Shown here one piece after another: positions 63,681 to 64,000 of a stretch of DNA of 64,000 nt (position 1 is its first letter; every line of letters starts with the position of its first letter). The notes below the pieces were generated by a model that was not told where the DNA came from, made no database searches, and saw only the letters and a list, made by a program, of their open reading frames with translations. The translations under genes and the position numbers were made by a program. The stretch is from Curvularia clavata (taxonomy: Eukaryota), in contig CP089275.1 of assembly GCA_023920165.1 (NCBI GenBank), positions 4,898,001 through 4,962,000 on the forward strand. Direction: 5' to 3'.

Positions 63681-64000
63681 ATGGCGTACGAAATGCAACA
63701 ACCCGTCCTGGACGTAGTCCTGGGCCCGCTCCTCAACTACAGGCGCACCAGCAACCAACAGACCGGACAGCCCATATGGCACGGCAGCGTGCTGATTGTT
63801 ACAAAGCCTGGCCCCCAGGATGCAAGTGGTGCAGGTCCCGCCCCTCAGCTGGTGCTTTCGCCGGCTGGCGCTGTAGACAAGACCCTCGGCGATGTGAGGT
63901 TTAGCGTGGGCGAGACAGTGTCCCATGGCCAAAAGCTGTATGAGGACGGCGACAAGGCTTTCTGGCGCTTTCTCCTCGAGGCGCCCATGCAGCAGTTCGA
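63681..64000 (+). CDS. N-terminus of a conserved fungal protein, probably PhoD-like phosphatase family (3' truncated by the window)
   Basis: Open frame to the window end: MAYEMQQPVLDVVLGPLLNY..IWHGSVLIVTK..KLYED..FWRF. In-frame TAG upstream at 63624. Family assignment is from motif recall only. Confidence 0.7.
   Translation, partial: MAYEMQQPVLDVVLGPLLNYRRTSNQQTGQPIWHGSVLIVTKPGPQDASGAGPAPQLVLSPAGAVDKTLGDVRFSVGETVSHGQKLYEDGDKAFWRFLLEAPMQQF

Noticed and set aside
1..64000. Long antisense/overlapping ORFs (e.g. 11721-12524, 20676-21539, 60069-60779), stop-codon readthrough PTS1 signals, tRNA/rRNA, CRISPR arrays, transposases, RIP-type AT-rich blocks
   Set aside because: The antisense ORFs are shadows of real genes' codon bias. 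No TGA-CTA readthrough context was seen at the enzyme gene ends I checked. None of the other elements was recognisable by eye.

Overview
Eukaryotic, intron-containing DNA from a filamentous ascomycete. Short GT-AG introns with CTAAC/CTGAC branch sites and the gene content suggest a Dothideomycete/Pleosporales-type fungus (inference). I can build 24 protein-coding gene models, two of them cut by the window ends. In order: a HET-protein C-terminus, a Cue5-like autophagy receptor, a multi-pass membrane protein, a flavin monooxygenase, an SDR, a SulP sulfate permease, four uncharacterised proteins and a membrane-anchored glutaredoxin. Then a 32.5-47.7 kb redox/transport block (PhyH-type dioxygenase, PTH11-like protein, GMC oxidoreductase, MFS transporter, DAO-family oxidoreductase, D-2-hydroxyacid dehydrogenase, secreted FAD oxidase). 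Then a small membrane protein, a GH13 alpha-glucosidase, a Myb-like protein, EMP24, UBA1, NBP35 and the start of a PhoD-like gene. I found no rRNA, tRNA, CRISPR array or intact transposon. The most interesting signals are two hidden alternative-start targeting arrangements. (1) An in-frame CUG in strong context upstream of the UBA1 AUG would add a bipartite NLS. (2) A weak-context upstream AUG would add a consensus PTS2 to the glyoxylate-reductase-like enzyme. Also notable are a degenerate ~450 bp foldback at 36.1-36.6 kb, a Z-DNA/hairpin core at 8.5-8.6 kb, and recurring C-rich to G-rich skew switches. All annotation was done by eye, with no database searches.
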